A stretch of 64,000 bases of DNA from Selaginella moellendorffii. Lineage: Eukaryota > Plantae > Lycopodiophyta. The position numbers and the translations under genes are program-made. A model generated the notes under the pieces. The model saw only the letters and a program-made list of their open reading frames with translations. It ran no database searches and had not been told where the DNA came from. Shown one piece after another: positions 23,989-36,709 of this stretch (position 1 is the first letter of the stretch; the number at the start of each line of letters is the position of its first letter). Location of the stretch: positions 2,427,710-2,491,709 of the forward strand of contig NW_003314264.1 of the NCBI RefSeq assembly GCF_000143415.4, given 5' to 3'.

Positions 23989-24534
23989 ATGGTTCATGAA
24001 ATGACGGCTGCCGATGGGACGCTACGGGTGGTTTCTTTTCCTTGGTGCATTAAGTTCCGGAGCGTTTGCAAGAATCTCTTGAAGCGGATGAAACTCATCG
24101 GTAGAAGGTCGTCAACTCGTGGGGTGCTGGTGAAGAGGAGCAGCAACAAGCACAGGATCAGTTGGACAGCGAGCTTTGCATACAGGCAGCAGCAGAAGCA
24201 AAAGCTCAAGAAGTCGGGAAGCAGTTTATGGTCGTTTAGTGGCTACAGCAAACTCAAGAACAGTGATAGCTGCACGGAAGCTTTAGATGGCCAGGAAGTC
24301 ATCCACCGCAACTTAGAGGACTCTCAGGCTTCGTCCAGCAGCTTCTCGTTCAAGAATGATGCGGAGGACCTTGGGCATGGCAAAGGCAAGAAGATTTTGT
24401 CACCGCATCCTGGCGTGCAGCGCAGTGAGGCTATGAAGCTCAAATCGAGGTGGGACGAAGTGGTGGAGATGGTTGTAGCGGACAGCTTTGATGATTTGGT
24501 GGACTTGGAGGAATTTCTGGGCTACTATATGCTG
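23989..24534 (+). pseudogene. OVATE-like gene, copy 2, 3' part deleted
   Basis: Matches the gene at 40294 up to GYYML, then jumps ~370 bp ahead into downstream sequence. Confidence 0.8.
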
Positions 24535-24962
24535 AGAAAAAAGTACCAGTCACTGAAAGTTTCACCTCAGGAATCCACCTCTTTTGGTTTAAGCTTAATT
24601 TCGCCACAACCAGCTTGCTCTTGCTGCTCCGCCCAGCACGAGTTTGTGCTAGCCCGCACGACAAAAACAAAATAGATTTTGCCCTTGTTGTAAACTCTGT
24701 ATGGATCAGCAGGAAATCTGATCCAGACGATAATCTTGTTGTGGGCTAGTGACATGGTCTAAAGTCTCTTCCGTACTAAAGCCTTAAAAAGCTTTTCACA
24801 GAAGTTTAAGTAAAACAGATGGATTTTGCAGGCTTGCGCAGATTTTACTCATAAAATACATTCCAACAAATATTCTATACCGTATCAGAATATTTGTTTG
24901 AATGTATAGTATATTTTCATCGCCCTTAACAGCATACCTAGATTATTTGGTAGTCAGCAAGA

Positions 24963-25973
24963 ATGAGAGACGTGTTGGTCAAGGACATCCATCATCTCCA
25001 AGACTATCCAGTCTTTGGTTCACAGACATCGGCTTTTGTTACGTTTGGGAGCGTGGGGGAGCTCATGGCCTTTTTGCGACAGCAGCACCCGCTCTGCCCA
25101 CACGGCTGCGATAGCTCGGCACTCACCAAGTTTGACTATTTCGAAAACCACATGCTGATCCAGCCGCGCTACAAGTGCACGGTGTGCAAACGGCACTTCA
25201 CCCTGGGTGGCACAATACGAGCGAAACGAGCCAAGAAAGAAGATGGCGGTCGTCCAAGGAAGAGACCCAAGAAGGAGCAGCAGCAGAACAAGTCAAGGGG
25301 GCAGTGTCTTCCTCGCGAGATGTTGCCTTCGTCAATGATTCCATCGGCCGCAACCAGTGGGAGTCGCGGTTGTGCATCCCCGCGCAGGGCAAGTCGCGGA
25401 GCTTCGAGGAGAACGCCGAGGCCATCACCAAGAACTACAGGTCAATGCCCTAGTCAACTCGTGGTCCGGGATCAGTCGTTGCCAGTCAACGCCTGTGACC
25501 TCGAGGGATACGTGCAGGACGAGGAGATCTTCCAGGAGGTTGAGAAATTGTGGTGTAAAATGGATTTGGAGGACAAGGGTCCTTCTGTGGAGGACGAGGA
25601 GAAGAACTTTCTCAAGGATTTCAATGTCGATGATGGTGATGATCTAGATTTACTACTGGGTCTTGAGGAGTTCAGCGGGGAGTTCAGCGACCAACAGGGC
25701 CAGGGCACCCGATTCGATTTGGGCGAGGAGCAAAACAATTTTGCCATGGAGCTGGTGCGGCAAATGGAGGAAGAATTTCCCATCCCAGTAGTAGATGAGG
25801 AGAATGATTTCGCCATGGAGTTGGAGCGGGAAATTGAGGAAGCATCTATGACAGCAAAGGAGGAGGCAATGCTTGTATGGAAGGACGAAGTACGTAAAAT
25901 TCGAAATCAAGACAATCTCACATTCACCACAAATCACATTGGTTTTGGAGGTGCCCAAACTCTTAAATGCTGA
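24963..25973 (+). CDS. Atypical Dof-like zinc-finger protein, copy 2 (336 aa)
   Basis: Intact ORF; zinc-finger region identical to copy 1. Confidence 0.75.
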   Translation: MRDVLVKDIHHLQDYPVFGSQTSAFVTFGSVGELMAFLRQQHPLCPHGCDSSALTKFDYFENHMLIQPRYKCTVCKRHFTLGGTIRAKRAKKEDGGRPRKRPKKEQQQNKSRGQCLPREMLPSSMIPSAATSGSRGCASPRRASRGASRRTPRPSPRTTGQCPSQLVVRDQSLPVNACDLEGYVQDEEIFQEVEKLWCKMDLEDKGPSVEDEEKNFLKDFNVDDGDDLDLLLGLEEFSGEFSDQQGQGTRFDLGEEQNNFAMELVRQMEEEFPIPVVDEENDFAMELEREIEEASMTAKEEAMLVWKDEVRKIRNQDNLTFTTNHIGFGGAQTLKC

Positions 25974-26296
25974 TCGATCAGCAAAAAATGGATGATAAAT
26001 GAAAAGTGAATAGAAGTAATTTTGTTTTTGGAACAAGTTCATTACATTATTTGTTATTAGGTGAAGAGTTTTTCGTGAAAAAAGACTCACCCATCCCTTG
26101 TGAAAGAAAGAAAAAAAGAAATTAGGGCGAATTAGGTCTCCATAAGGTCGTCCCCGGAGGCAGAGGAGCCGCGATGCTGTGATTGTCAACCGAGCAGGTA
26201 TTCTGGTGGCACCAATCGCGCCTTCGCCGACAATGCAGCGATCGTCCTAGCGATCGATCGATCGATCGATCGCTCGCTCCGGAGAAGAGCAGAGAA

Positions 26297-27258
26297 ATGA
26301 TCTGGGCAGGATTCGCGTACGCCGCGGGCGCCGCGATCGGCCACAGCTGCATCGATGCCAGCAGGAAATGGGCGTCCCAGCGCTTCTCGGACCGCGAGCT
26401 CGTAGCTCTGGTGGCTCTCCTGGACGCGCTGCTCCTCTCCTCCATGGCGCTCCTCTCCGGCGGCTTCGATCTCTTCTCTTTGACGCGGCTGGACACCGAG
26501 TACGTCGCCGCGCTCCTCGTCACCGCGGCGATCAAGGCTCTGGTGGGGTTCATGTACCAGCGTGCTCTCCACGTCTCCCCTCTCTCGGTCACTGTTCCTT
26601 ATCTAGCTTTCACTCCAGTTCTTCTGGTTTTTACGAGCTATGTGATCATCAACGAGCTCCCGAGCTCGCAGGGGCTCATGGGAATCGTGGTGGTCACTCT
26701 CGGCGGCTACTTCCTCGCGCTGGATCACCCGGCGGAGGTGGAGGTGAAGAAATCCGACGAGCCCCCGGGCAAGATCGTCTCGGTTCTTCCTTTGCTTCCT
26801 TGGAACTCGTCCAAGGCTTGTGACAAGGTCCCAAAGTTTTCCACCGATGGCGATGGTGTCGTGTTGGATCTCAGTGAGAAGAACTCCCCTCCGGTGGCGA
26901 TTCCTGGAGGGAATTCTTCCTGGTGGCCACAGATTCAATGGTAAAGATTTCTCTCTCTCTCTTTTTTCGCTTTTCCTGTTCTAAAGTTTGCAAAAGGGAA
27001 GAGGGGACGCTCCTCATGCTGGGTGTTGCAGCGTTACTGAGCATAAGTAACAGGTTCGTTTTCTCGAGATTCATTTATGGCTTCTTAGCTCCATTGTCTT
27101 TGCAGCCTTGACAAAATGGCTGGTCACTTGGCACCATCGCTTCTCAATTTTGCTGCTCTCCAACGAGGCTTTACGGCCGTTCCCGTGGTTTTATACCTAC
27201 TTGTCACAAGGTTGGCTTGTTTATCTCTCTCAGGTGATAGCTTAGCTGACTCCTGCGT
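26297..27258 (+). pseudogene. EamA/DMT transporter exons 1-3, truncated at the duplication junction
   Basis: Near-identical to 43003-43964; the 3' exons are replaced by RING-CH copy 3. Confidence 0.85.
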
Positions 27259-28713
27259 CAATGCTCTTCCGCCGCCACCGCCATCCATCTCCAACACCCC
27301 AGGAGCAGCAACACCCCGATCAAACTTCTCGCTCATGCGGCTCCTCACGCCCCGCTCCGCAAGAACAGTGTCTCTTCCATTGCGATTCACGCTATCGTCT
27401 TCTTCGTCCGCGTCTCCGTCGTCTTCTTCGTCGACAGGGGCCGCAGCAGTGAGTCCAGATCGTCATCAAAGGTAGAACTTTTCTTTCTTTCTTTCATCGT
27501 CAACTTTGTCATCTCGTCTTCGCAGGGCAAGCAGATCAAACGCTCCAAGTCGGCGCTCGATGGTCACCAAAAGGAGAAGAAGCTCACCCGGCTTTACTCC
27601 GGAACGTTTCTCGTCAAGCCGACCACTCCTCGTCCTCATCCCCGGGAAACTTCACAAGCAGACGATGGAGCCCAAGACACTGACCATGCCAACGACACCC
27701 AAGGTACGTAAGCTTCCTATGATCAAGTTCATGGAAACCATGGTTCCATGATCTGAAAGTTTCAAAACTTTTAGACGGCGAGGACGAGGAGATCCCCGAG
27801 GAGGAAGCAGTGTGCCGCATTTGCCTGTGCGATCTGGGCGAGGAGGGCAAGACGCTCAAGCTCGAGTGTAGCTGCAAAGGGGAGCTGGCGCTGGCTCACG
27901 AGGAGTGCGCTCTCAAGTGGTTTGGGATCTGAGGCAACCGCGAGTGCGATGTTTGTGGCCAGGAGGTCGTCAATCTCCCCGTCACGCTCGTCAGGCTCCA
28001 GCAAAACCAAAACAATATCAACGCTGAAACTCAAGTTCTCCAGCAAGCTCAAATGGCGCAAATGAGTGCTCTCAACAGGTAGATTCGTCTATCTCGCTCT
28101 ATAGTTTTATAGATTCCATGGTGTTCTTCCAGGATTTGGCATGACGTTCCCGTGCTCGTCATGATCAGCATGCTCACGTACTTTTGCCTCCTCGAGCAGC
28201 TACTGGTGATAGTTCTCTGATGATTTCGATTGATTTGCGAAGTTCTTGGATGGATTCTTTGTTGCCTACTACAGGTGAGACGAAAGGGCCCTCGAGCATT
28301 GATGCTAGCTCTGCCATTCGCCGTCATGTTTGGAATGCTCACTGCCATCACAGCATCAACGCTTGGTAAGATTTCGTCTCTCTCTCTTTCTCTCGAGCTC
28401 CTGTTTGTAACAATAGATTCTTTCGACGCACAGTGAGGCGGCGTTGTATGTGGCTCTTTGCCATCTTCCAGGTCGGTTTTGTCATACTATTTGCGCATGT
28501 TTTCTACAGTTGGGTAAGATCACTCTCTTAAAACTTTTTTAGCTCTTATTTCAATCCATGATCCAGATGAAGTTGAACCCAATCTTGTCAATTTCGCTGG
28601 CCGGTTTTGCGGGATTCGGATTGTCCATGATCGTGAATGCTCTCCTCCTGGAATGTTGGAGCTGTAGAACAAGAGCAGCGCGACAAGAAGACGCAAGCCA
28701 AGATATTGTGTAA
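27259..28713 (+). pseudogene. RING-CH E3 ligase, copy 3, disabled
   Basis: Frameshifting deletion at ~27460 and a CGA>TGA nonsense codon inside the RING (ATC TGA GGC, ~27930). Confidence 0.88.
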
Positions 28714-28729
28714 ATATGTACTGTAATTC

Positions 28730-29592
28730 TTACACACTTGTTTTGTGATAGAACAAAATGTATGCATCGCTCGAGCACCTCGATAGCTCAAAAATCTCTT
28801 CCACCACCTCATCGTCAAAGCTGTACCACTTTCCATTTGGAAGTTTGATGGTTGCCGTGTAGTGCCCATAGTCGGAGTCTCCCATATGGTTAATCAATCC
28901 ATACAGTTTGTACTCCTGTTCCCAAAGTGTCAAAATCTGTGGAAACTCCACCGTGGTGTCGATCTTCTCCACACTCCCCGAAGAATCGCACTTAAACCTT
29001 GCCAAATGGAGGATCAAATTCCGTGGGAGCTTCCCAAGCTCCAGTTTCTTGACAGCGTCCTTTTGGTTTCTCTTGCACTTTGGGCAGTGCCAGGAATCCA
29101 AAACATCGTCTTTGGTGTACTCCCGGATGCATGATTCCAGAGAAACCGGCTGCGCCGTCTCATGGACTGGCAGCGAGAGAGAGGTGAAAGATTCAGGCGT
29201 GGAGGAGACCATGTTGGAGCACTTCGGGCATTTCACTGTGGATTTGGTTTGGCCCTCGAAGAAATCTGCGACTGGAGAGGGGAGCTCTGGGCGCACCTTT
29301 TTTCCTTTAGGAGGATTCTCTTGCTTCTTGAATTCTTGATCCAGGGCACCCAAAAGAAAATCGAGATACTCCTGTGCGTCCTGCTGGACGCTCGGATTTG
29401 TCAGCTTTGGCCCTGGTTTTACAGACTTGCTTGCGTTATTCCAAATCGCCCTCACCACTTTCCTAAACTCGATTGCTATCTCACCTCTTACACTGTCTGA
29501 TTTCAAGAAGAAGCTAGAGAGCTCCGGCGTGTGAGCTGTAAAGCACTGTTGGCTGAACAAGAATTCCCTTGGTTTTGAAAGCCCACAGCCAT
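28730..29592 (-). pseudogene. USP deubiquitinase, copy 3, disabled
   Basis: 7-nt frameshift deletion just after the Cys box (~29536). Confidence 0.86.
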
Positions 29593-32500
29593 TTTACTTG
29601 CACACAACCCAAAAGAAAACCTAGAATATTTAAAGAAAACAAACAGGAATTAAATAATTAAATAATATATATAAAACAACTGTGAGTGCATGGAATATAG
29701 AAAAAAGAATACAGAAATGTGCATATCAATTAGCCCAAAAACTCTAACTTATACACAGGAGCGAGTGGTCCGGATTGAAACCAATCTGACGGCTACCAAA
29801 ATCCCACTACGCTAATATTAGTATACGGCATCGTAGCCGTACACTTGGCCCTCACATTAGCCCCTCCTCTCGGAATAATGGAAGGCCGTCAAGGTTCTTT
29901 TGTAGATGGGCCGGGATCTGGAGGAACGTCAAAAGGAGGCATCGGTGGATCTGTAGATGGTATTAACTACTCCTGATCCCTTTGTATGAAGCGTTTTAAC
30001 CATTGCACATGCACAATCTAAACCACGTACCGTAAGATAGGGAAAACGGACTAACACCAAATCATCCACTTTGTATTCCGCAGGTGGACGATGATGGGAA
30101 TTGTAGCGCTGTTGTTGTCCCACTTGTACACGGCCTAAGTGTTCAATAGACTCTGCTTGGACAAATGGAAAAATGCTTGTCAAATACTGATCCCATGACC
30201 TAGCATCAAGAGCTCATGGCAATCGCGAAGGTAAACCCAACTCTGTTAGTAATATTGGATCATGACCATATAGAAGTTTATATGGTGAAGCACCAACAGA
30301 ACTCTGAACCCCTGTGACATAGGCATACCGAAGAGACGGCAAATAACCATCCCAATCCGAATGCTGAAAGTTCACATACTTCGCAATCATCCCTTTGAAT
30401 GTCCGAACAAGCCGTTCCACCAGACTGTCTGATTGTGGATGATAAGCACTCGTAAAAGTGTGGCGTATCCCCAACCGAGATGTCAAAACATGAAATACCT
30501 CAGCCATAAATGCAGGACCATTATCCGAAAGAATCCACTCTAGACAAGAATGCTGGAACACCACTCGATTGAGGAGGAAGTATCCAACAGTAGTTGCAGA
30601 GGCACTAGCAAGAGCACCAACTTCCACCCAACGAGTCAAGTAGTCAGAAGCAATAATAACATACTCATTGCCAGCAGTCGATCGTGGAAAAGGTCCTATA
30701 AGATCAAACGCCACCAACTCAAACGGACGAAAAACTGCAATTGACTCCAACCATCCTTCCGCAGCACAAGGGGGAGTATTACTAGCTTGGCACCAAACGC
30801 AGCTACGCACATACTGGATAATATCACATTGCATCTCTGGCCAATAGAAAGATCTGCGCAGCTTCTCGGTGACACGACGGTGTCCCATATGCCCACCTAG
30901 AACAGAAGAATCATGGTAGGCATGGAGAAACCGCGGAATAAACATCGAAGGCACCACTAGCCGTAAATGATCATCAGGATCCGTCCCCACAAAATAAAGA
31001 AGGCCATCTTCAAGGCGATATTGAGAATATAAATGCCGGAAAGGCAAGTCATCAGCAAGTGATGCAGAATTCTCAAACCCATCTCGAAGCCTTCGAATCC
31101 ATGGCTCAATCTTTTGAGCCTCGCGAACCTCATCAAGAGAAGGTAGATCTTGCTCTGCGCCCTGTGGACACTGAACGTCAAGGACAGCAACCGCCGACGG
31201 CACAAAATCCTCATCTAGAAAATCCACAGATGCTGGAACAACAAGTTCGTCAGAAACATGAGAAGTGAGTGGAGAAGGAAAAGGAGCTCGAGAAAGGGCA
31301 TCAGCATCAGCCATAGAACTCCCTGGGTGATGAACAACATCGAAATTATATATCTGAAGCTTCAAAGCCCATCGAGCCGTATGACCAACCAGGTTCTTCC
31401 GCTTCAATAATGAAGTAACAGCAGCATGGTCACCTTCAAGTAACGTCCGAGAACCATGTAGATATGCATGAAGTTTGTCGAAACCCCAGACTGCTGCTAA
31501 ACACTCCTTCTCCATCGTGGAGTAGTTCATCTCCGCTGGTTGTAATGTACGGCTTATGTATGTAATAGGATGGCGCTGACCAGGCACACTTGAGCTCTCT
31601 TGCATCAACACACCTCTAAGACCAATGTCAGAAGCATCCACACGCAAAATAAAAGGTCGAGTGTAGTCAGGATATGCCAAAACCGGAGGAGTCGTCAATA
31701 GCTCTTTGAGATTCACGAACGCCCGCTCACAATCCGGAGACCAGATGAAAGATGACGTTGATGACTTCAGCAACGCTCGCAATGGTGTAGTGCGATCGGA
31801 AAGATGATCCACAAAACGACTGAGATACTGCATCTTACCCAAAAAGCGCTACATATCATTCACACACTCCGGAGTAGGGAACTTTAGAACAGCCACAAGT
31901 TTGTCAGGGTCAACTTGCAAACCCTTACGAGAAATACAGTACCTAAGATAAGTTCTGTCCTTGGACCCAAACACGCTTCAGCTTCAAACCAACGTCGCGT
32001 AGCCGATCCAACACTTTACAAACATCACGAACGTGCTCCTCCCACATCCCCTCTGAGTGGATCAAGACATCATCAATAAAGTCAGCCGTCACCTTCGGCA
32101 TATCGCAAAGAACCTCATCCATCATCCGCTGAAAAGTTGCTGGAGCATTGTTCAAACCAAACGGCATCACCAAGAACTTGTACAAACCAAATGGTGTACG
32201 AAAAGCAGTCTTAGGAATATCTTCTTCGGCCATCGGTACTTGCTAATACCCAGAAGCAAGATCTAGCTTGGTGAACTAACGACTTCGCTCCAGACGATCC
32301 AAGAGATCAGCAGTGTGAGGAAGAGGGTACACGTCCGGGATCGTCACTTCATTTAATGGACGATAGTCGATGCAGAAACGAATACTCCCATCAGGCTTCG
32401 TCACAAGATGAGGTTCACATGCCCAAGGACTCCGCAACTTCCGAATAACACCCTTCTCCAACATCTCCTTGACGTTTGCACGTAAAATCTTGATCTCCTT

Positions 32501-33148
32501 GGGTGACCGACGACGAACAAGAACCTTGATTGGACGAGCATCCCCGGTTGGAATGGGATGATGTGTGGCAATCTTGGCCCCAGACGATAGATCAAATTCA
32601 AAGAGATCAGAATACTCCTTCATGAGCTGGTCAACAGCTGCAACACAAAGATCATCGGAGGGATCGGAAAAGGGAAGAGCAGAACAAGATGGAAACACAA
32701 TAGGAAACAGTGGGGGAACAAAAGTAATAGAAGCAGAGGTAGAAGTAAAGGGATGAAGAGGTACGGAAGTGAGAGGAATGGATGAAACATAAGGAAGAAC
32801 GAGATAAGGGGGAGAAGCCTCAAAATCACACTTGGCATGATTGCGCTGCAACCAATCCATACCAAGAATGAGGTCAAAAGCTTGACTCGGCACCACCCGC
32901 AACGACTGCAACTCAAGCTCGAGATTGCCCACACGCACAACTAAGTCCGCCTCATCTCGTGCACATGCATGTGTACGGCCGTTGCCATAAAGAATGAAAA
33001 CTGGATCCGCCGCATGACGCAAGTGTAGACGACAACGTGTGGCAACAGGTCGAGCAATAGAAGATAAACTCGAACCTGTATCAACCAACACAAAGAGAAG
33101 AATAGGAGACCTCTTGTTATAAAAACGAGCTTGGAAAGTAAACACTGG

Positions 33149-33742
33149 TGTAAGCTCCTGAGTTTGGACTTCCTGGGAGGTCACCCAACCCAGTACTATT
33201 CAAACCCAAGGACGCTTAACCCCAAATATCCCAAGACCCTTAACCGATTGGAAAAGGGGGTGCACTCTTATTCATTGGCCCTTTCCCTCTATATTTGAAC
33301 CCCATGGATCGTCTCTCAAGTCGTTCCCTTTGGTTGCTTACAATCCACCACACTTCCCTGCAAGTTCACGCCCTCGTGAACGGAAGCTGAGAGCCGCGGC
33401 TCTCCCGAGAGCCCCACTCTCTTGACACCCTACCCCTCGGGTCAAGCCCAGCGGGAGCAAACTGGACCAGCCAGATGTCAATCAACATGTGGTGTGATTC
33501 CCCTAGTCAACCAACAGAGTCGAACCTGAGACCCTCTCTGATACCAAATGTAAGCTCCTGAGTTTGGACTTCCCGGGAGGTCACCCAGCCCAGTACTATT
33601 CAAACTCAAGGACGCTTAACCCCAAATATCCCAAGACCCTTAACCGATTGGAAAAGGGGGTGCACTCTTATTCATGGGCCCTTTCCTTCTATATTTGAAC
33701 CCCATGGATCGTCTCTCAAGTCATTCCCTTTGGTTGCTTACA
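33149..33742 (-). mobile_element. Cassandra-type TRIM (5S rRNA-like LTRs) nested in Gypsy B
   Basis: Two 194-bp LTRs (33149-33342, 33549-33742) and a 206-bp non-coding interior. PBS TGGTATCAGAG, PPT AGGGAAGTGTGGTGG, TSD ACTGG/ATTGG. Each LTR contains GTTAAGCGTCCTTG...TAGTACTGGG.TGGGTGACCTCCC.GGAAGTCC, matching the 5S rRNA A-box/IE/C-box region. Confidence 0.93.
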
Positions 33743-33795
33743 ATTGGATGAACCGGTGCCGAGTGAACCCCTTGATGATACTCCCGAAAGAAAGA

Positions 33796-33858
33796 TGGAG
33801 GGGTCACTAACTTATTCGCGCAAGGTCCCTCCATTACTCGCGCGACTCCTCGTTTCCC
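33796..33858 (-). promoter_or_regulatory. Predicted -1 programmed ribosomal frameshift signal between gag and pol
   Basis: G_GGA_AAC in the gag frame (33858-33852), a 6-nt spacer, stem 1 UCGCGCGAG/CUUGCGCGA and stem 2 UGGAGGG/CCCUCCA. Pol lies in the -1 frame. Confidence 0.8.
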
Positions 33859-36709
33859 GAATGCACCTCGGTATCCAAACCTTCCACCACAGCAGCACCA
33901 ACGGGACGTTGCTGACGCCAAGGTCTCCACCCAGGAAATGGAGGTCGCCAATCTGGAAAGCGCCGACAACGCCAATAAGTATGACCAACTTCATCACATG
34001 CCCAGCAACGAACATCACGGCCACGACCACGTCCTTGCCCTTGTCCTTGGACTCGAGTAGCAGCAGCATCAACCTCCATGGGAACAGGACCATCACTCAT
34101 AGGAAGTGGAGCTGAAGGACGTGTAACAAGAAGTGGAAGAAGCAACGTCTCATAACATTGTGCTAAGCGAAGAGCATCGTCAAAGGTGGCAGGAGCAAGT
34201 GCATGCACAAGTCCGACAAGATCTTGACGAAGTGCTGGCCACAACATTCCTAGCTTGATCCGCTCCGATATATTTGGCTCCGCACGAAGCAAAAAACTTC
34301 GGAAACAAACGCCAAATTGCATCACCGACTCAGATGGCCCTTGGCGAAGACGATGAAATTGTTGGAAGGCATCATCACAATCGTTGGCGTGTCCGAAGGC
34401 GCATTTGAAGACGTCCGGAAGAACACTCCAATCACCACGAGTGGCTACGCTCAATCCATTATACCACTGCAATGCCGTCCCTTGGAGACATGTGGGGAAC
34501 TCACGCAAACATCGAGCATCATCCCAAGAATGATATGTGGCAATCACCGTGAAGTGATCGAACCAATGGTACACATCATCCCCAGGAGTCCCACGAAAGA
34601 ACTCCGGCCGAACACGAGGATTGGCACCAAGAGCAGGAGGAGTTGTACCATGTGCCATGAACACTACCATCAATTGAGTTTGGTTGTTCAATTGCAAGCG
34701 CATAGCATCAAGCAATTGAACCAACTGCTGCTCTAGAGTCAAAGGAGGAGATTGCGGATCGGCCATGAAGATGAATGAAAAAAAGAAAGAGCAAAAGAAG
34801 AGAAATGACAAAAAAACTGGAAAGAAATGGTAGATCTAGACAATGCAAAAAGCTAGATCTAAACCAAAATCCTGAAAGGAAAGAACAAAAGAAAGGAAAT
34901 GGAAAAAACTAAATCTAGACAATGCAAAAGCTAGATCTAAACCGAAATCCCAAATTTAAGCACTCCCCAGAGACAATCAAAGGTGCCCCTCACCTCCACG
35001 AATGTGAATACATGGAATATGGAAAGGGAATACAGAAATATGCATATCAATTAGCCCAAAAACCCTAGTTTATATACAGGAGCGAGTGGTCCGGATTGAA
35101 ACCGATCCGACGGCTACCAAAATCCCACTATGCTAATATTAGTATACGGCATCGTAGCCGTACACTTGGCCCTCACACAACAAAATTACCGATTTTACAT
35201 TTATATAATAAATATAAATGGAGAGTTATTGATGATAGATGATAATATTAAAATTATTTATAAAATGCCTTAAAATATTTTTTAATTGTGTTATAAGCTT
35301 ATATAAACACATTTCACATTATAGAATTAAACTTCACTACTTAAATATCTATTTTAAAATTATACAAAGGATCAAAATATTAGTGATTTGTAATATAAAA
35401 ATTTTAAAAATGTTTTATTTGCTATAAATAAATAATAGACCTTTGCTACACTTACTCTTGTGATAACAATTATTTCACACTTTTTTCTTTTGTATTTTAG
35501 CTAATTGAATAAGTCATTGACATCACACAACCAAATTATAAAAAAAATGAGGAAAGGGATTCAATATGTAATAAGGATATTCTAATATAAATATATTTTA
35601 GGTTATGATAGTAACTTTAAAAGTTTTAAACACTATTTTTATAAGGATTTTTTACACACTCTTGACAAAAGTATCTATAATTAAGAAAATGGAATTAAAA
35701 AAACATGATTATAATTTACTAGGGATTTTAAAACATTAATTGTTTTTGTAACATTCAAAAATTCACAAGAGAAAATGCATATATAAAAAGTTAAAGACCA
35801 CAGGCCTTGTTGGGATAATTGACAAAAATATATAAGTGATGGTAGAAGAAAATACATGGAAGTTTAAACATCCTTAATTTATATTTAGTGTATGGTAATG
35901 TTACTTTTTTTTTTTCAAATGTAGTATAGTATATCTTCTATATAATTTATATTTAGTGTATGGTAATGTTACTATTTTTTTTTCAAATGTAGTATAGTAT
36001 ATCTTCTATATAATCTCAAAGAGTTAACACAGAAAACATTTTAATTTTATTCTTCAACATTACTTTCCATTTAGCTAAATTCTCTTTAATATCCTTTTTA
36101 GTAAATTTTCTAAAAAAAGAAAAGGTTTTAATGATCTAAGATCCCTTTTGCTAAAAGCTTTTCTTTATTTAGATGCCTTTTGTGCTAAATAATGTATCAA
36201 AAATATTTTTCTTTCTTGTGATAGAAAAATTTGATTTTTTTAAAAATACATTAACAAAAAAAACAATTGAATAATGCTGCAAGGAATTTGCTTAAGCTTT
36301 AGCATATTATCCTCAAGATTTTGAAGACTAAAGACTAGAGGGACCAAGAGTGACAAGCAAATCAACTTTTATCCCTTACATTGTGGTTTAATGCCTTGAA
36401 AGCATGTAATAATTGAAGATTAATTCAAGAATCTGAAAGACTGGTTACAAGAGTGAAAGGAATCAAAACCAATGGTACATATTATCCCCAAGATCTCAGA
36501 AGACCATCACAAAGATGTTGAAGATTGCTGAAGTACATCTGGTTGGCTAGTTGCACTTAATATATAGAGATCCACTTGCATGGGATCTGGCATTGGTTGA
36601 TCCTTAGGACACTGCATCGTGAAAGCGTAAAAAGCAAAAGAGAGAAAGCAGAAATGGAAAACGAATAATATATTATCGAAGGTAACAATCATAACTGGGA
36701 ATCTAAAAC

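Larger units (their letters stand above)
12612..27258. repeat. Tandem segmental duplication, copy 2 (contains the Copia insertion)
   Basis: Colinear with copies 1 and 3. Its left junction is a ~0.9 kb deletion derivative of the standard junction. Confidence 0.97.
29681..35177 (-). mobile_element. Ty3/Gypsy LTR retrotransposon copy B, near full length but defective
   Basis: LTRs 35003-35177 (5') and 29681-29856 (3'), 4-bp TSD CAAC. Gag with CWACDEVGHTYWRC, protease LVDTGSS/ILGMDWL, RT (FCIDYRPLN, MPFGLNNAPATFQ, FIDD), RNase H (VDAS, EKECLA), then integrase in Gypsy order. Several stops/frameshifts; no chromodomain. Confidence 0.96.

Noticed and set aside
33166-33220. 5S rRNA gene
   Set aside because: Only ~55 nt of the internal control region, embedded in TRIM LTRs, without the 5' half or a terminator.
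35872-36012. ~68-bp tandem duplication in the AT-rich spacer of unit 3
   Set aside because: Local slippage duplication with no spacer structure; not a CRISPR-like or functional array.
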